Positions 1 through 12,952 of a stretch of DNA of 64,000 bases are shown here, one piece after another; positions within the stretch are counted from its first letter, which is position 1, and each line of letters starts with the position of its first letter. The notes under the pieces are model-generated. The model searched no databases. It was not told the origin of the DNA and saw only the letters and a program-made list of their open reading frames with translations. The stretch is from Phoronis australis (taxonomy: Eukaryota > Animalia > Phoronida), in assembly GCA_002633005.1 (NCBI GenBank), contig NMRA01000146.1, positions 493,981 to 557,980 of the forward strand, written 5' to 3'. The position numbers and the translations under genes are program-made.

Positions 1-476
1 ATAGACCAACTCGCACTAGTTCAACTTGCCCCACTTTAAGTGGAGCGTTGACACACTTCTGATAATTAGTACAAGGCCGAAATTGTGGCTCTCAGCATGA
101 CAATGAACGGCTTATGTAAATACAGCATGAAAAAGAAGACGAGGTTGTGACTGGGCAAGGTTGTAGCTTTTAGTTAAATCCACCTTGTGCCAAGTTTGTG
201 ACCACATGGTTAGAAGTGGTGCATTAGTTAGCCCAGAACAAGTTACTCTTTCATTCTGGGAGTAACTTGTTCTAAAGTAGGTGGTTGTGTGGATGGCACT
301 ATGAAGTGCCTGGTGATAAACCAGTAGCAATCTTCATAGTCAGTCATTTGGGCTATTGTGTTCTGACCACTGAAGGTGGTTTTAATCTCATGTATCTGTT
401 AAAGCAGTTGTTATCATATCTCCCTAATTCATTACAATACTGAATCATCAGAGCCCAGGTCAGTAAATGGACTGTA

Positions 477-640
477 CAGCCCGTAGCCAGAGGGGAGGGG
501 GGGAGGGGAGGTTTGATCGAATCGAACCCCNAGTTTCACGTTTAAGCGCCCATGTCTGGTTAACCGCCCACCCCCGATTTTTTGGGTTTGCCAATTTAAC
601 CGCCCAGAGCGTTAACCCGAACGTTTACGGTATTTCCAAC
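477..640 (+). mobile_element. hAT-like transposon terminus (orphan end)
   Basis: Begins CAGCCCGTAGCCAG, then a G-run and TCGAACCCC. A related end (CAGGCACGTAGCCAGGGGG...TCGAAACC) starts at 14768. No matching opposite end found. There is an N at 531. Confidence 0.4.
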
Positions 641-3172
641 TTGCAGTCAGAGTCACATTATTGTGGAAAACAACTATTACCTTAACCATTTGGAAACGTG
701 GCCGACTATTTCCAATTTTTTTGATTAAAGACGCTATGTTTCATTAAAACCGTGAATATTTAAATTTGTAGCTAGTGCCACCAAGTGACTTCCTGGTGAA
801 ATGTGTGTACAAGTACAATCGGGAAAAGAAACAATTTGTAAATAAATTGCGATTTTAACGAAAACACTACGCCTAATACACTTAAAAAATATGAAATTGA
901 AAAACCTTTGCAATGCTGAATATTACATAATCGTTATTTTATAGTGATATAAACAAAAATTAGACACTATGCTGCATTTCATTAGGGTAACAAAGAAATA
1001 AAGCATACTAATTAACATTCAAATAGTCTCACATGAAGAGACTTTCTCGAGATGGTAACTGGTTCCGCTCTGAGATGGTTTCTGGCACACTGGAGGACCA
1101 GTGGTTGTTTGTAAATTAAAACTTCATTTGTATATTCACAAGTTAATGAGACTATGCATCTGAGCGTCCACAACTCGGCTATTAGAACCTGCCCTCTACT
1201 TTTGAAAAATTTCAATTAAGCACCCACTTAACAGCTCGGACCAGAGCTACCAATTATTCCACTGAACTGATTTTCAGAAAGGTCAGATGCACTTTCAAAT
1301 GCAGAAACCAGGCCTGACTTTGAGTAGCATTGTACTTGCTATTGTCACAGGTGGAGGACATCGCATTAAGTTCCATTCTTCTGCTGAGCACTAAAACAAC
1401 CACATTTTTGAAAACCGCAAATAACTGCGACAACGAAATTTCATTACCGTAAAACAAATTCAAAAGAAAACATATTTTCTGACAATCATGAATGACAAAT
1501 CCCAACTTTGTTGGCATCCGAAGGCTTAGTTACGGACATAGGGGGTCGCATGACGTTTTCGTGGCTCTGAATACATATATGGCAAACTCCAATCGCTCGT
1601 AATAATGGAAATTGTTCAAGTGTATTAAGGCATGTTACTTTGTGCTGACGTAACTGATTTAATTTGACTTAATTTGTGAAAAATATAACCAACAAGAGTT
1701 TCCCTCTGAAATTCACACTGCATTCAGTCTGCACATTAACATGTCACGGTCATGCAACCTCAGTTATAGTTCACGGACATTTTTTCAGATATAAATCACG
1801 GGTGAGAAACAACATGAACGCCGGCCCTCTAAATCCGACTGACTCATCCAAAACAGAACCTCCAGGGATCAAATAGGACCGCCACACCAGAAAATGGGAC
1901 TGACGCACCTAAAAACATGACCGCCCACCACAAAACAGGACCGCCGGGGACTGAACATGACCGCCGGACAAAATGTAGAAGGCTTTTGTATGATACTGCG
2001 GGTTATGACGTAACCGGTCAGCTAGCAGTGTAAAGACTCGCCANCTGCAGGTTTTCTCAGATAATGCCTCTTAAATATGACCAAAGGGCGGCGATCGTGG
2101 AGTTACAGATTATGTATTATGCTGAATGCAGGGTTACGTTGTTGACAAAAATGCTTTCTACACGAACCACGTCATCTGCTTGTATTGTTGACGAGTTAAA
2201 GATATATTCGACAGTGGTGGCTTATAGCATTTTGTTGTCATGTGCAATTAGTCACATCTGGTGTAATTTGTTGATCAAGAATATTAACATCAAGCATAAT
2301 ACCCTAGGTCTTGGTGAGGTATGGACTACCAGGACTAACAGTTGATTTGTCATTCATCTGAAAGAATAACTGATGTTATTAAATATAATTTTATCAAAAA
2401 AAACAGGCTGGTACATGAAAATAAAACTTGATTTGACTATTTTAAATTTAAAAAAATTAAAAACGAGCAAATCCACAGCAATCGCTTTCGCATTATATCT
2501 ACATTCTCATGCACTCCCATGCACACATTTGTAAGTAATTATTTCACTATCAGTTCTGCTTTCTTGGTTTTAATAATTCTTACGTCTATTTCATGTGCAA
2601 GGTTCCAACTATCAATCTGGACCAAGTTGAATTTTGAAATTAAAAGACCTGTTTCGCTCGTCCAAAGCATAATCTCTTTTCAGAGCTCAGTTTCATTTAA
2701 CTGGAGAGAGCAAGCATAGTTATGTTTTTACCGGGGCCTCGTTCATCCGAGGGGAAAGGTGCCTGTAACCTCGGAGAGGGGAATTTTTTCGCCGAGAGCG
2801 GGGGAAAATCTACCTCCCGATCATCAATAGCACCCCGCCCTGTTGCAATCTCTCATAGGCTGTCTCAAGTAGCAGTTTGTGCTCTTTCAAATTATCACCT
2901 GTGTTATTACAGGTGATTTAAACCTCGGAGACCACTTTTCAATCACCAGGGGAATTTCAGGCCTCGTGCAGGGAATATCGGGGGATTTTTCAATATTCTT
3001 GAGAGGGAAACAGGGCCAATATTCGGCCCCAAAATCGAGGAATTTAAGACCCTGTCCTTTTTATAAAAAATGCATCATGTTTCAACCCGTAGTTATGAAA
3101 ATACAGTCTGGCTGGCCGAGGATTCTCCGGCATGGTGGTCGGCAACCGAGATGTGAAAGAATATGATCTAAT

Positions 3173-4550
3173 TAGACCGGCAGCCCAGAGCACTTAGCAT
3201 AGATGAACGAGGTACTAACATCTGACCACGGGAGCATTTAAAGTCCACCCCAGTATGTACAGAAATGGACGTCTGCCGTTGTCTGCACTCTGGGTGTGAC
3301 CCATGGGGGCCTTACAAAGAGCCCAAAAATGAGCTAGACTAGATATTCGAGGTACCAACCAAAACTGATTTAAAACGAACAATAGTACCGCACTGAACAC
3401 CAAATGACCCATGACAGACAAATTGCACTCTGGAATGGACCGGCAGAAACCAAAAAATGACCCCCCAAAAATGAGCTAGCACATACATTCAAGGTACCAC
3501 ACCAAACCAATTCCGTGTGATTCAATACATGTCACAGATCACGAAAACCCCTATGACAGACAAAATACACTCTGGGATGTGCCCGGCAGAAACCCCCAAA
3601 AATCTCAACCCTGGTATGCCATCAAAAATTTGAGCTAGACTAGATTTTCGAGGTACCGGCCAAAACTGATTTTAAACGAACAATAGTACCGCACTGACCA
3701 CCAAATGACCCTTGACAGACAAATTGCACTCTGGAATGGGTCTGGCAGAAACCAAAAAGGACCCCCCAAAAATGAGCTAGCACATACATTCGAAGTACCA
3801 CACAAAACCAATTCCATATGATTCAAAACATGTCACAGATCACTAAATACCCTATGACAGACAAATTACACTCTGGATTGTGCCCGGCAGAAACCCCCAA
3901 AAGTCTCAACCACGGTATGCCATCAAAAATTTGAGCTAGACTAGATTTTCGAAGTACGGGCCAAAACTGATCTTAAACAAACAATAGTACCACATTGAAC
4001 TCCAAATGACCCATGACAGACAAAATGCACTCTGGAATGGGTCCAACAGAAACCAAAAAAGGACCCCCCTAAAAATGAGCTAGCTTATACATTTGAGGTA
4101 CCTCACAAAACCGACCAATTCCATGAGGTTCAATTCATATCACAGGTCACTAAATGCCCTGTGACAGACAAAATACACTCTGGACTGTGCCTGGAAGAAA
4201 CCCTCAAAAATCTCAACCACAATATATGCTATCAATACTTTGAGGTACATTAGATACCCGAGGTACCGGCTAAAACTGACTTAAAACCAATAATCCACCA
4301 GATGACCCATGACAGACAACAAATTGTGCTCTGGAAGGCGTTCGCCAGAAACTCAATTACACTGTAAAAGAAGCTAGGTCATCATTCGGAGTACCACAAT
4401 AAACAATTCCATATGATTCAAATAGATGTTACTGGTTACCAAATACGCTATGACAGTTAAAACCCAGTGTGCATGGGTTGTGCTCGCCAGCCCCAGAAAT
4501 CTCAACTACCGGTCAGTAATTTTGAATATATATGACATATTAGATATTGA
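3173..4550 (+). repeat. Left TIR arm: ~301-bp tandem repeat (dimer of ~142 and ~159 bp related subunits), about 4 copies decaying inward
   Basis: GAGCTAGACTAGAT recurs at 3331, 3632 and 3933. The related GAGCTAGC motif occurs at about 3473, 3774 and 4077. Both subunits share ATGACAGACAAA..CACTCTGG..GGCAGAAACC. Confidence 0.9.
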
Positions 4551-5099
4551 GCTTATAGTTTTGCGTCTACTGAGCTCTCACACTGGATGTCAAATGGATG
4601 ATGGCGGAGAGTAAGCATTTTGGAAAGTACCTGATAACAGTAAAATTTTGGGATACCAGGAACTGTCTAAAACCAACCCACTCAGTGAAGTTTAAGAACG
4701 CAGATTGTGTAAAATATAAAACGCTATCAAAACTGCCAGCAGAATGGATACGTCAGCGACAACACATGGCCCCTAAATTTGCGCTAGATCGAGGAACCAC
4801 GAAAATTATTTCCAAGGAGCCCTTTCATCTCATTGCCTTACATGTACGTTGAAAGAAAAGTAACAGGCGTGTTTTTAAAAACCTTCTTCAATCAAAATAA
4901 ACTACATGAAATAGAGCAACACTTTCAAACAGCATAGTAACAGATAGTCAAAATCACTCTACCGACAAGAACATCAAGCTACATACTATATGTTTAATGT
5001 CAACAGTAGTTTCCTGTTAGTTTTTAATACGTTTCAATACCGTCACTGCTACTCCAGCTTGATTCCGGCTCGCTTGTTTCGTCGACGTCATAGCCCATT

Positions 5100-6090
5100 T
5101 CCTTTACCTGTTGATCGGCTTGCGGTTTTCTTGTAAAAGACCAGCACCTTCAAAAAGGACATCAGGAACGGCAGATCCACAAAACCATTTGGGAGTGTAG
5201 TATCCATCTTGTACCTTCCAACCGTAGGTAAGAGGATCCAAACCGTTTCCCGGATCGGCAGAATCCACTTGGCCTCAGAGCAAGGCAACGTAATGGGCTC
5301 GTTTGAGCTTTTTCAATAGTGTCTTTCGGCAAGGAGGAAAAATGCGCAGTCTATCTTCTTGATGTTGGACATCGGAGAAAATTTTATTGACGAGGGACCA
5401 ATTGTCTAAAAGCTGACGAACAAAAACATAAAACCCATGCGCGCACCCAGCCTCTAGTTTTTGGGGGGCTCGAATTTCTGACCAAGTGGACCTTTTGCTA
5501 ACAGAAAAGCTGGCGGACTAAACAAAACGGGGTACCACCTTCAGTGCTGTGAACTGTGCGTCTGCGCCTTTTTAGTGGACATTTGTCACGTTTCCACGGA
5601 CTGTTTGTTTCTCTGAGGCGGACCTTTTTGCCCACTTCGCCAAATGGGGGGCTCGTTCGAGCCCCCCAGCCCTCCTGGGTGCGCGCATGAAATCTCACCA
5701 CCATTTATTGTTTTTTGACGTGAAACTGGGCATTTTGGATTAACACAATGAAAACATTTGAAATTATTTTCGTTGCTTTTATGAACTATATTTTATCAAT
5801 TACAGTTAATACCTCGTTCATTTTTCCGGTCGTCTCTATTAATTTCTGATATCGGCGCTTCATTGACATCTTTGACTCCTCCCTTCATTAAATAGGAGGC
5901 ATACGTCTTCTTCTAACTTTCTTCCGTCTGGGACATCTACGCTTATTAACTCTGAGAAGAAGCTGATAAGTGTCCCAGATGAGTCTTTCATCAGGATTTC
6001 CAGAGGCCTCCCTTTCCCTTTCCTAAACAGTGCTGCTGTGACGTCACACCCTGTCATTGCATGCAATTTTCAAGCAATGCTGCAGCGAGA
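5100..6090 (-). pseudogene. C-terminal remnant of Academ-type transposase (XPG/H3TH-like region)
   Basis: Minus-strand pieces read HAMTGCDVTAALFRKGK (5860-6066 ORF), then GVKDVNEA.YQKL, then PMSNIKKIDCAF.PPCRKTLLKKLKRAHYVALL*...DPLTYGWKVQDGYYTPKWFCGSAVPDVLF. It has stops and frameshifts and is interrupted by a MITE. Confidence 0.8.
5436..5689. mobile_element. MITE (hAT-like ends) inserted in the Academ remnant
   Basis: Perfect 15-bp TIR CATGCGCGCACCCAG / CTGGGTGCGCGCATG with subterminal GGGGGGCTCG motifs. No clean 8-bp TSD. Confidence 0.7.
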
Positions 6091-6511
6091 CTCCTTGTTA
6101 CCGAAACACATCGTTGTTTATATATTAATTTAAATAGCATTGGGACTCCGCCACGTGGCTGCGCACCAAATTAGGGGTGATTTGTATTTTATCACGGAAG
6201 ACATTATGTCGACCATCGACAAATGACTCCGCGAAACTAAAACATTGCAAACACTTTACACTACACTGAATTTCGACATCATTAAACATTTCTTCAAAAA
6301 GTTACAACTAGGCGAGTTAACTGTCTTACATCTTGACAGCCGTCTGCTTTTCGCTTGTAGTGATCATGAGAGTAAACACAGGCTTTGGTGAACGAAAGTT
6401 TTTAATAATTAGTTTTTTGTTTCCTGCGGTCCCGCTTTTTGCAGTTAACTTATTAAATACACAGCTTTTGTCACCAATTGTGTACTTCGATTTTCGTGGT
6501 GCAATTTTTAA

Positions 6512-9500
6512 GTATCAGTCCACGGATCCACCGACCACTGTACAGCCAACAAGCGGCAAAGTGGGGGGTCAACCATTCAGATCCATGTTTAGTCTGATAA
6601 ATCACATTAGGAATGAGAGAAAATGGGTGAAGTATGACACCACAAAGTTTTGTGGTTTAGGAGATACAAGGGAAGTGTTCTGGGGGGCAAAATGAGGCAA
6701 TTTCTTGGTGTGGAATGAGTCATTTTTGACCCAATTTTCTACTCCAGTTTCTGCTTCAAACAGAATCGTTTCTGAACAATTTTGATATCACATGATAGGT
6801 TCATGACCAATGTCAGTAAAGACGGCACCGACACTGCAATATCGGTTACCATGGTAACACTGGAACTGTTTCCGTGGAGGTACGTTTCCGTCTTGTGAAA
6901 AACCAGCAATAAGCTGTACCCTTATAGCGAAGCTGCCCCCGCGAGAAAACTAAAAATAACAGCATGGACATGTAGAAGACTCCATGCCCTTGAAATTAAT
7001 ACAATAAAAACTTTGTCAGCCCTTCAGGCAGGCTTGGTAATAGGTGTCTGAATTTCACTATTTTCAGACCGCGTATGTGTATTTGTTATGTTAAACCAGT
7101 CACTAGTTTTGCGCCGTTTCTACGCATTAATATGCCGTGGTATAATACAACAATTAAAACAATTGGTTTGCTTAAATGTTTTTAATTAATTTTAAGGACA
7201 CTAGCATTTCCCAATAAAATATGAAATTATACTAAATTTGTTCATCCATTTCGTCTGAATACCAAACTAAAGCTTACAATTCGTTAGTTGAATGATGGCT
7301 GACCTAAAGTGCGGGTTTGCGAATTTATCTATTTATCTGGCACTGCCAGTCGCATCAAATGTGGTATTTCTACAAATTGCGGAGAGAAACAACTTTGGAA
7401 ACTCTAGGGAAATGCACAAGGTATAGAGCAAGACATTTGAGCCCCTTATAAGTGTACGTGGAGCTGATGTGGAGGTGGAACGTGTCCTCCTGAGTAGTCT
7501 GTCTCAGTGTCTGCCTCGGAGGCACTGTGTGCAGCAGGAGCTACATAATCTACCGTATTAGGTTCACTGGCCCGAATCATCGTTACAACACTCGAGATAT
7601 ATTGGCGTCGCCAAAGACACTTAGAACATCCACTGCACACTAGAGGAGAAATCTGATAGAGGTCTGAAAAATGACCAAAGACGTTCAAGGTTCAACGTCC
7701 TGCTTCGTGTGAGCTCAGGTAGGAATCACTAAACTCCAGGGTCTGACCCTGAGGAATATTTTTAGACGCACGTCATTCATGCAAAAATACTTTTATTGAC
7801 ACACCGTGATTGCTTATAACTTGGGCCTTATTGCTTAATCACATCTTATTCAAATGTGTTGCTGTTTATGCAACTACATGTTTACATTGGCATAGAAAAT
7901 AGGTAGTCATCATAACTTTTCATAACAACCACCAAATGTGTAACATGACTTCTGCCCATGAACTACTTTTTAGAGACTAGGGAGTATGTTTTGTCTACCA
8001 ATGATTTTCTGCGATTATGAAGTTAATTAAACATGCTAAAGCCGTCAAAAATATTGGTGCCCTCACTTTAGCTTGGTATTCATATTTTGTGAGCCGAAAT
8101 GAGGACATTAAATTTAATATGTTTAATTTTTCATTAATACAATTTTAGGAATCAGGAAAGGCTTATGCTGAAGAAGTGGCTTCTGCTGAAGTTGGAGACT
8201 TGCCGATTATTAGTAAAGGTTGGGTATGAAAAGTTCACAACCAGCAAGAAGGTACCCTTCTGCACAACTAAGTGAGGGGGCTAGAGAGAGGCCGAAAGTC
8301 TACTCCCAGAAGATATGTCAAAGAGAATTTGTAGCTTGAGGAACGAGTTGGGGAAGAAGTATTTGCCAAAGATTACTGGCTTATACCACAACAGGTCCAA
8401 AGTAATTTGTTGAGATAGGCCACTTTCAGCAAATGTGGGGAAACTGGGACTGAGGAAGTGGAGTATGCATAGAAAGAGGCAATCTGTGATTGTCAAGGAT
8501 GTAGCATTGTAAAAATTCAAAGGGAGGAAACAGTAGAGTGGCTGGACCTGTAAATACTGTGGCTGTTCTGCTGAATCCAGTGGGGGCATTATTGTATCAG
8601 CACAGCTGTGTAGGGAAGTAGGCTTGTGTGTTGTCGCAAGCTTTGTTTGCACCAGAACTGCTTGTGTGAACAGCACAAATCTAAAATTTACCTAGTCTAA
8701 GACTGAATTTTTGTCCAGGCACGGATTATGATCCTGGGCCACATGGTAATGGTACATTGTACATTTTGTTTAGCCACTGGATTTTTTGGTCTTACAGGAT
8801 TTCTCACTGTCGCCATCACATTTAGATGATTTCTGACCTCTGTACTATTCCTTTTCCTTGAAGATGCGTAATTGATCTGAATTTATGTTTCCGCATTTTA
8901 TTTACCATTATAGATTTTTGTTTGTAAATGGGTATATATTACTGAAATTTGAGACCCTGTTGCAGTTAGGCTGGTTTTGTTAACTTATCTTTCTGCCTGG
9001 GTTGTAAACCCATATTCTGTCCAGGAGGTAATAAGTTTTGATTTAGACCATTTACCTCTATAAACTTTGCTCAGTTTGTTCCTTATCCAGATGGGAAGTG
9101 ATTTCTGGAATTGTAGCGAATTGACAGTTTGCTATTCCTTGAGACCATGCTGTGTGTATAAAATCGCACACTATTAGTCTGGTCTTTAGCAATTGCATAT
9201 TGCCAGATCTTTCAAAGTTCTGAAATTGCTCAAAAGTGACCTGGAAGTAATACCTATTTCGTGATGGTAAAATATCTAAATCAAAAGTTGTTTTATGTGA
9301 TTTTAGGCGAGTTTATGTCCACTTCAAATGATTTTTTGTTGCAGTACTGATAAGTATTGGCACGTTAGCTCTGCTGGCTCCTTGTTTTTTTGGCGAATTG
9401 ACCATTTTATGGTTCCCTTGGGTAATTTTGTTACTGGTCTAGTATGTATGTACAACTGTAATCGTAGGGCAACTGTAATGCAAGCCATGTTGCAAAAGTA

Positions 9501-11524
9501 TTTTTTCATGACCATCTCATTGTAAATTGCTGCGTAATTGGAACCGACAAGCCAATTTTTCATTTTGTGCTGGTTAGTTTTGAAAAGATCATTGATGTGG
9601 TAAATACAGCTACCTCAAGTTTGTGAAGAAGAGATTTCCGGTGTTGTCAGCGATATTGCGAAATCACTTTTTCGCAGCGAGACTACATCACCTTAAATGT
9701 AATTCCCTGACTTTATGAGCTTTGTGTGGTTGACTCTGTCCTGTAGCAATTGAGTGTTGAAAAGATCTAGAAGGCAATTTTTTATTACGGTCATAACATT
9801 TGCACTTTTGACTGTACAGTTATCTTTGCATTGTATTACGAAAACATATTTTGTAGTACACAAGTCTCTGGTTGATATTTTATATTTTTTCACAAGGAAT
9901 ATTTTCAACTTAGATGAGTTGTCTGTGAGGTAGGCAATTTTCAAATAAGATAATGAATAAAATTGTCAAACATTGTTTTATTTTTAGATGCGTGATCTTC
10001 CAATAAGTGATTACTTTTAAAAACCTGTGCAGAATTTGATTTTTACTCTTCATTTGAAGGAGAATAAATCCATAAACCTGCATTATCTAGAAATTTTACT
10101 CAAACTACATATTACAGGGTTGGGGATTGGAATCTTAATACAACAGAGTCTGAACCCGTACCATGAGCAATACAACACAATACACGGATATAAAAATTTG
10201 GTGTTTAGGTTCCACGGAAAGGATTCGTGTGCGCGGTAATAGTTACTAAGGTGTGTGGTCATTGTTTGTGGATACTTTGGGATTCCTCTTCTGTGGTCAT
10301 CCACGGGAAACCTGGTCGCATAGAGAACAATAGATTAGCATCTTCATTGTTTCCGTTGTTATACTAAAGATATAATAACTAGCACTTATCGGCAACGGTC
10401 TGATGTACGCAAGGTTCTATATCCATGCGACCTATGTTGTTACATCCAACAATGACACAACAAAGGAAAACAATGATTCATGTAGGACCGATGGGCGAAA
10501 AACATGCAACGAGTTGCCATGGGCAGTGGTGGAGTTTGTCTTGTCATTCGAATGTTTTTACAGAACTGCAAACCCGGTATTTCGTCAGGAAAATTTCTGC
10601 GGTCTTTTGTTTTAAGTCGTGGTAAAAATGCGGTCATGCAACCAAACTTATCCTTCATTTGATATTACAATGCATTGCATGAACATTTGATCAACAGAAA
10701 ATCTGACTTGAATATGTGGGAAGAAATACCCATGAGGAAATTGCAAAGTAAAACAACTGTAAATCAAAATAACCTACACTGTACATTTGTCGAGTTCATG
10801 TCTAACCCTGTTCACTGTGGAGGACATAATCGGCTTTTTACAAAATGGAGCCATGTATGGTATTTAGGGGTACTATAGCCCTAAGTGATCAGTAGTAAAA
10901 CGTTCAAAACATTCAGGTGAACTAATTTGTTGCAAAATATCGAAAAACAATCGGATTTTACGGTGCTAACGCATCGATCTCAGATATATGAAAATTTCTC
11001 ATTTTAGTACATTTGAGGTGCCAAAATATACAACTAATAAACTGGTTGACAATGTTTATATTTTACGAAATGAAATGTTTTGTCAACATTTTGGCTAAGT
11101 TTCATTCTCATAGCAGTGGGGGCAGATTTGGTACAGCAGTGTACTGAACACAACCTCAAAATGGCATAACGGGGGGCAGTGTAGTAAAGCTATTAAATGA
11201 GGGTGGTAAATCGGAATCGTGTTTCAAAACATCTGTGTAACAATCTACAGGCACCACTAAACAATGCCAAGTGAATAATAAATCAATAGCTTTCATTCAA
11301 GGAAAAATATGAACAGTTATAACTGGAGAGTTTTTATACCGTGAAAACATGGCTGCGAAGCCGTAAAATGTGATTGAGCCTATAACTTTAGAAAAACGCA
11401 ATATTTTGAGGAAATATTTTACCGCTGTTTATAGATCCCATAGGACTACCTATGTGCCAAATTTGGTGAAAATCGGCTGACCCCCACCTTGCCGCTCATG
11501 GCTGGTGCTCTCGTGGACTAGTAC
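6512..11524 (+). mobile_element. TTAA-flanked Sola3-like DNA transposon nested in the Academ element
   Basis: TTAA at 6508-6511 and 11525-11528. Imperfect TIRs: GTATCAGTCCACG...AGCGGCAAAGTGGGGGGTCA versus right-end revcomp GTACTAGTCCACG...AGCGGCAAGGTGGGGGTCA. A decayed Cys-rich first exon (7292-7718) resembles the one in the GAG...CTC element at 34863. Confidence 0.65.
7292..7718 (+). pseudogene. Decayed Cys/His-rich first exon of the Sola3-like element
   Basis: Reads MMADLKCGFA...KCGISTNCGEKQLWKL...PNHRY...YWRRQRHLEHPLH...SDRG...FNVLLRVSS across frameshifts and ends at a CAG|GTAGG donor. Same layout as 35625-36046. Confidence 0.55.
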
Positions 11525-11589
11525 TTAATATCTTGTTGTCCAGTTGTTTGGATTTCCCACCCGAGTACTTGAACTAACAGGGGAAAGCT

Positions 11590-12952
11590 GCATGAACGAT
11601 TGTACCTCCATTTTTAAGGTCCTTTCTGGGTTTTTGGCAGACTATTTCCGAGTAAAATTTGTCTTTCACGGGTCATTGGGTTTTCAGTGCAGCACGATTG
11701 GTGGTTTTAAATCAGTCTAAGCCGATACCTTGAAAATCTAACCGTCTCAAAAATGGCAAACCGTGGTTGAGATTTTTGATGGTTTCTGCCAGGGACAATC
11801 CAGAGTGTATTTTGTCTACCGGTCATAGGGCATTTAGTGACCTGTGACATGTATTGAATCTCATGTAATTGTTCTTGTGGTATCTCGAATGTATGTGCTA
11901 GCTCATTTTTGGGGGGTCTTTTTTGGTTTCTGCCGGACCCATTCTAGAGTGCAGTTTGTCTGTCATGGGTTATTCAATGTTCAGTGCGGTACTATTGTTC
12001 GTTTTAAATCAGTCTTGGCCGGTACCTCGAAAATCTAGTCTAGATTAAATTTTGGTGGCATACCGTGGTTGAGGTTTTTGGGGGTTTCTGCCGGGCACAA
12101 CCCAGAGTGTAATTTGTCTGTCATAGGGATTTTAGTGATCTGTGACATGTATTGAATCGTATGGAATTGGTTTTGTGTAGTACCTCGAATGTATGTGCTA
12201 GCTCATTTTTGGGGGGTCCTTTTTTGGTTTCTGCCGGACCCATTCCAGAGTGCAATTTTTCTGTCATGGGTCATTTGGTGTTCAGTGCGGTACTATTGTT
12301 CGTTTAAAATCAGTTTTGGCCGGTACCTCGAAAATCTAGTCTAGCTCAAAATTTTGATGGCATACCATGGTTGAGATTTTTGGGGGTTTCTGCCGGACAC
12401 AACCCAGAGTGTAATTTGTCTGTCATAGGGGTTTTATTGATCTGTGACATGTTTTGAATCATATGGAATTGGTTTTGTGTGGTACCTCGAATGTATCTGC
12501 TAGCTCATTTTTGGGGGGTCCTTTTTTGGTTTCTGCCGGACCCATTCCAGAGAGCAATTTGTCTGTCATGGGTCATTCGGTGTTCAGTGCGGTACTATTA
12601 TTCGTTTAAATCAGTTTTGGTTGGTACCTCGAATATCTAGTCTAGCTCGTTTTTTGGGCTGTTTGTAAGGCCCCCAGGGGTCACACCCAGAGTGCAGACA
12701 ACGGCAGACGTCCATTTCTGTACATACTGAGGTAGACTTTAAATGCTCCGGTGGTCAGATGTTGGTACCTCGTTCANATATCTAGTCTAGCTCGTTTTTT
12801 GGGCTGTTTGTAAGGCCCCCAGGGGTCACACCCAGAGTGCAGACAACGGCAGACGTCCATTTCTGTACATACTGAGGTGGACTTTAAATGCTCCGGTGGT
12901 CAGATGTTGGTACCTCGTTCATCTATGCTAAGTGCTCTGGGCTGCCGGTCTA
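11590..12952 (-). repeat. Right TIR arm: inverted copy of the 301-bp tandem array
   Basis: Reverse complement of 3173-4550, e.g. TCTAGTCTAG recurring at ~300-bp spacing. It includes a ~140-bp duplication around the N at 12777. Confidence 0.9.

Larger units (their letters stand above)
3173..12952 (-). mobile_element. Academ-type (XPG-like domain) DNA transposon, internally deleted, with very long TIRs
   Basis: Left end TAGACCGGCAGCCCAGAGCACTTAGCATAGATGAACGAGG (3173) is the reverse complement of the right end (ends 12952). A 3-bp TSD AAT lies at 3170-3172 and 12953-12955. TAG termini, a 3-bp TSD and an internal HAMTGCD/XPG-like remnant fit Academ. Confidence 0.85.

Noticed and set aside
1012-1517. 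Minus-strand ORFs as a YqaJ or THAP relic (TQSQAWFLH...)
   Set aside because: The resemblance is limited to a few residues, and neither motif set can be completed.
2722-3054. GC-rich ORFs 2722-3166 as genes
   Set aside because: No recognisable protein. The GGGGA/CTCGG-rich tract ending AAGACCCTG looks like an orphan transposon end whose partner I could not find.
3173-4550. Tandem array as a CRISPR-like locus
   Set aside because: The units repeat in full with no unique spacers, there are no cas genes, and the array is mirrored as a transposon TIR.
9300-10300. Penelope-type RT remnant (FTLHLKENKSINLHYLE)
   Set aside because: Only a faint resemblance; no YxDD or GIY-YIG motif found.
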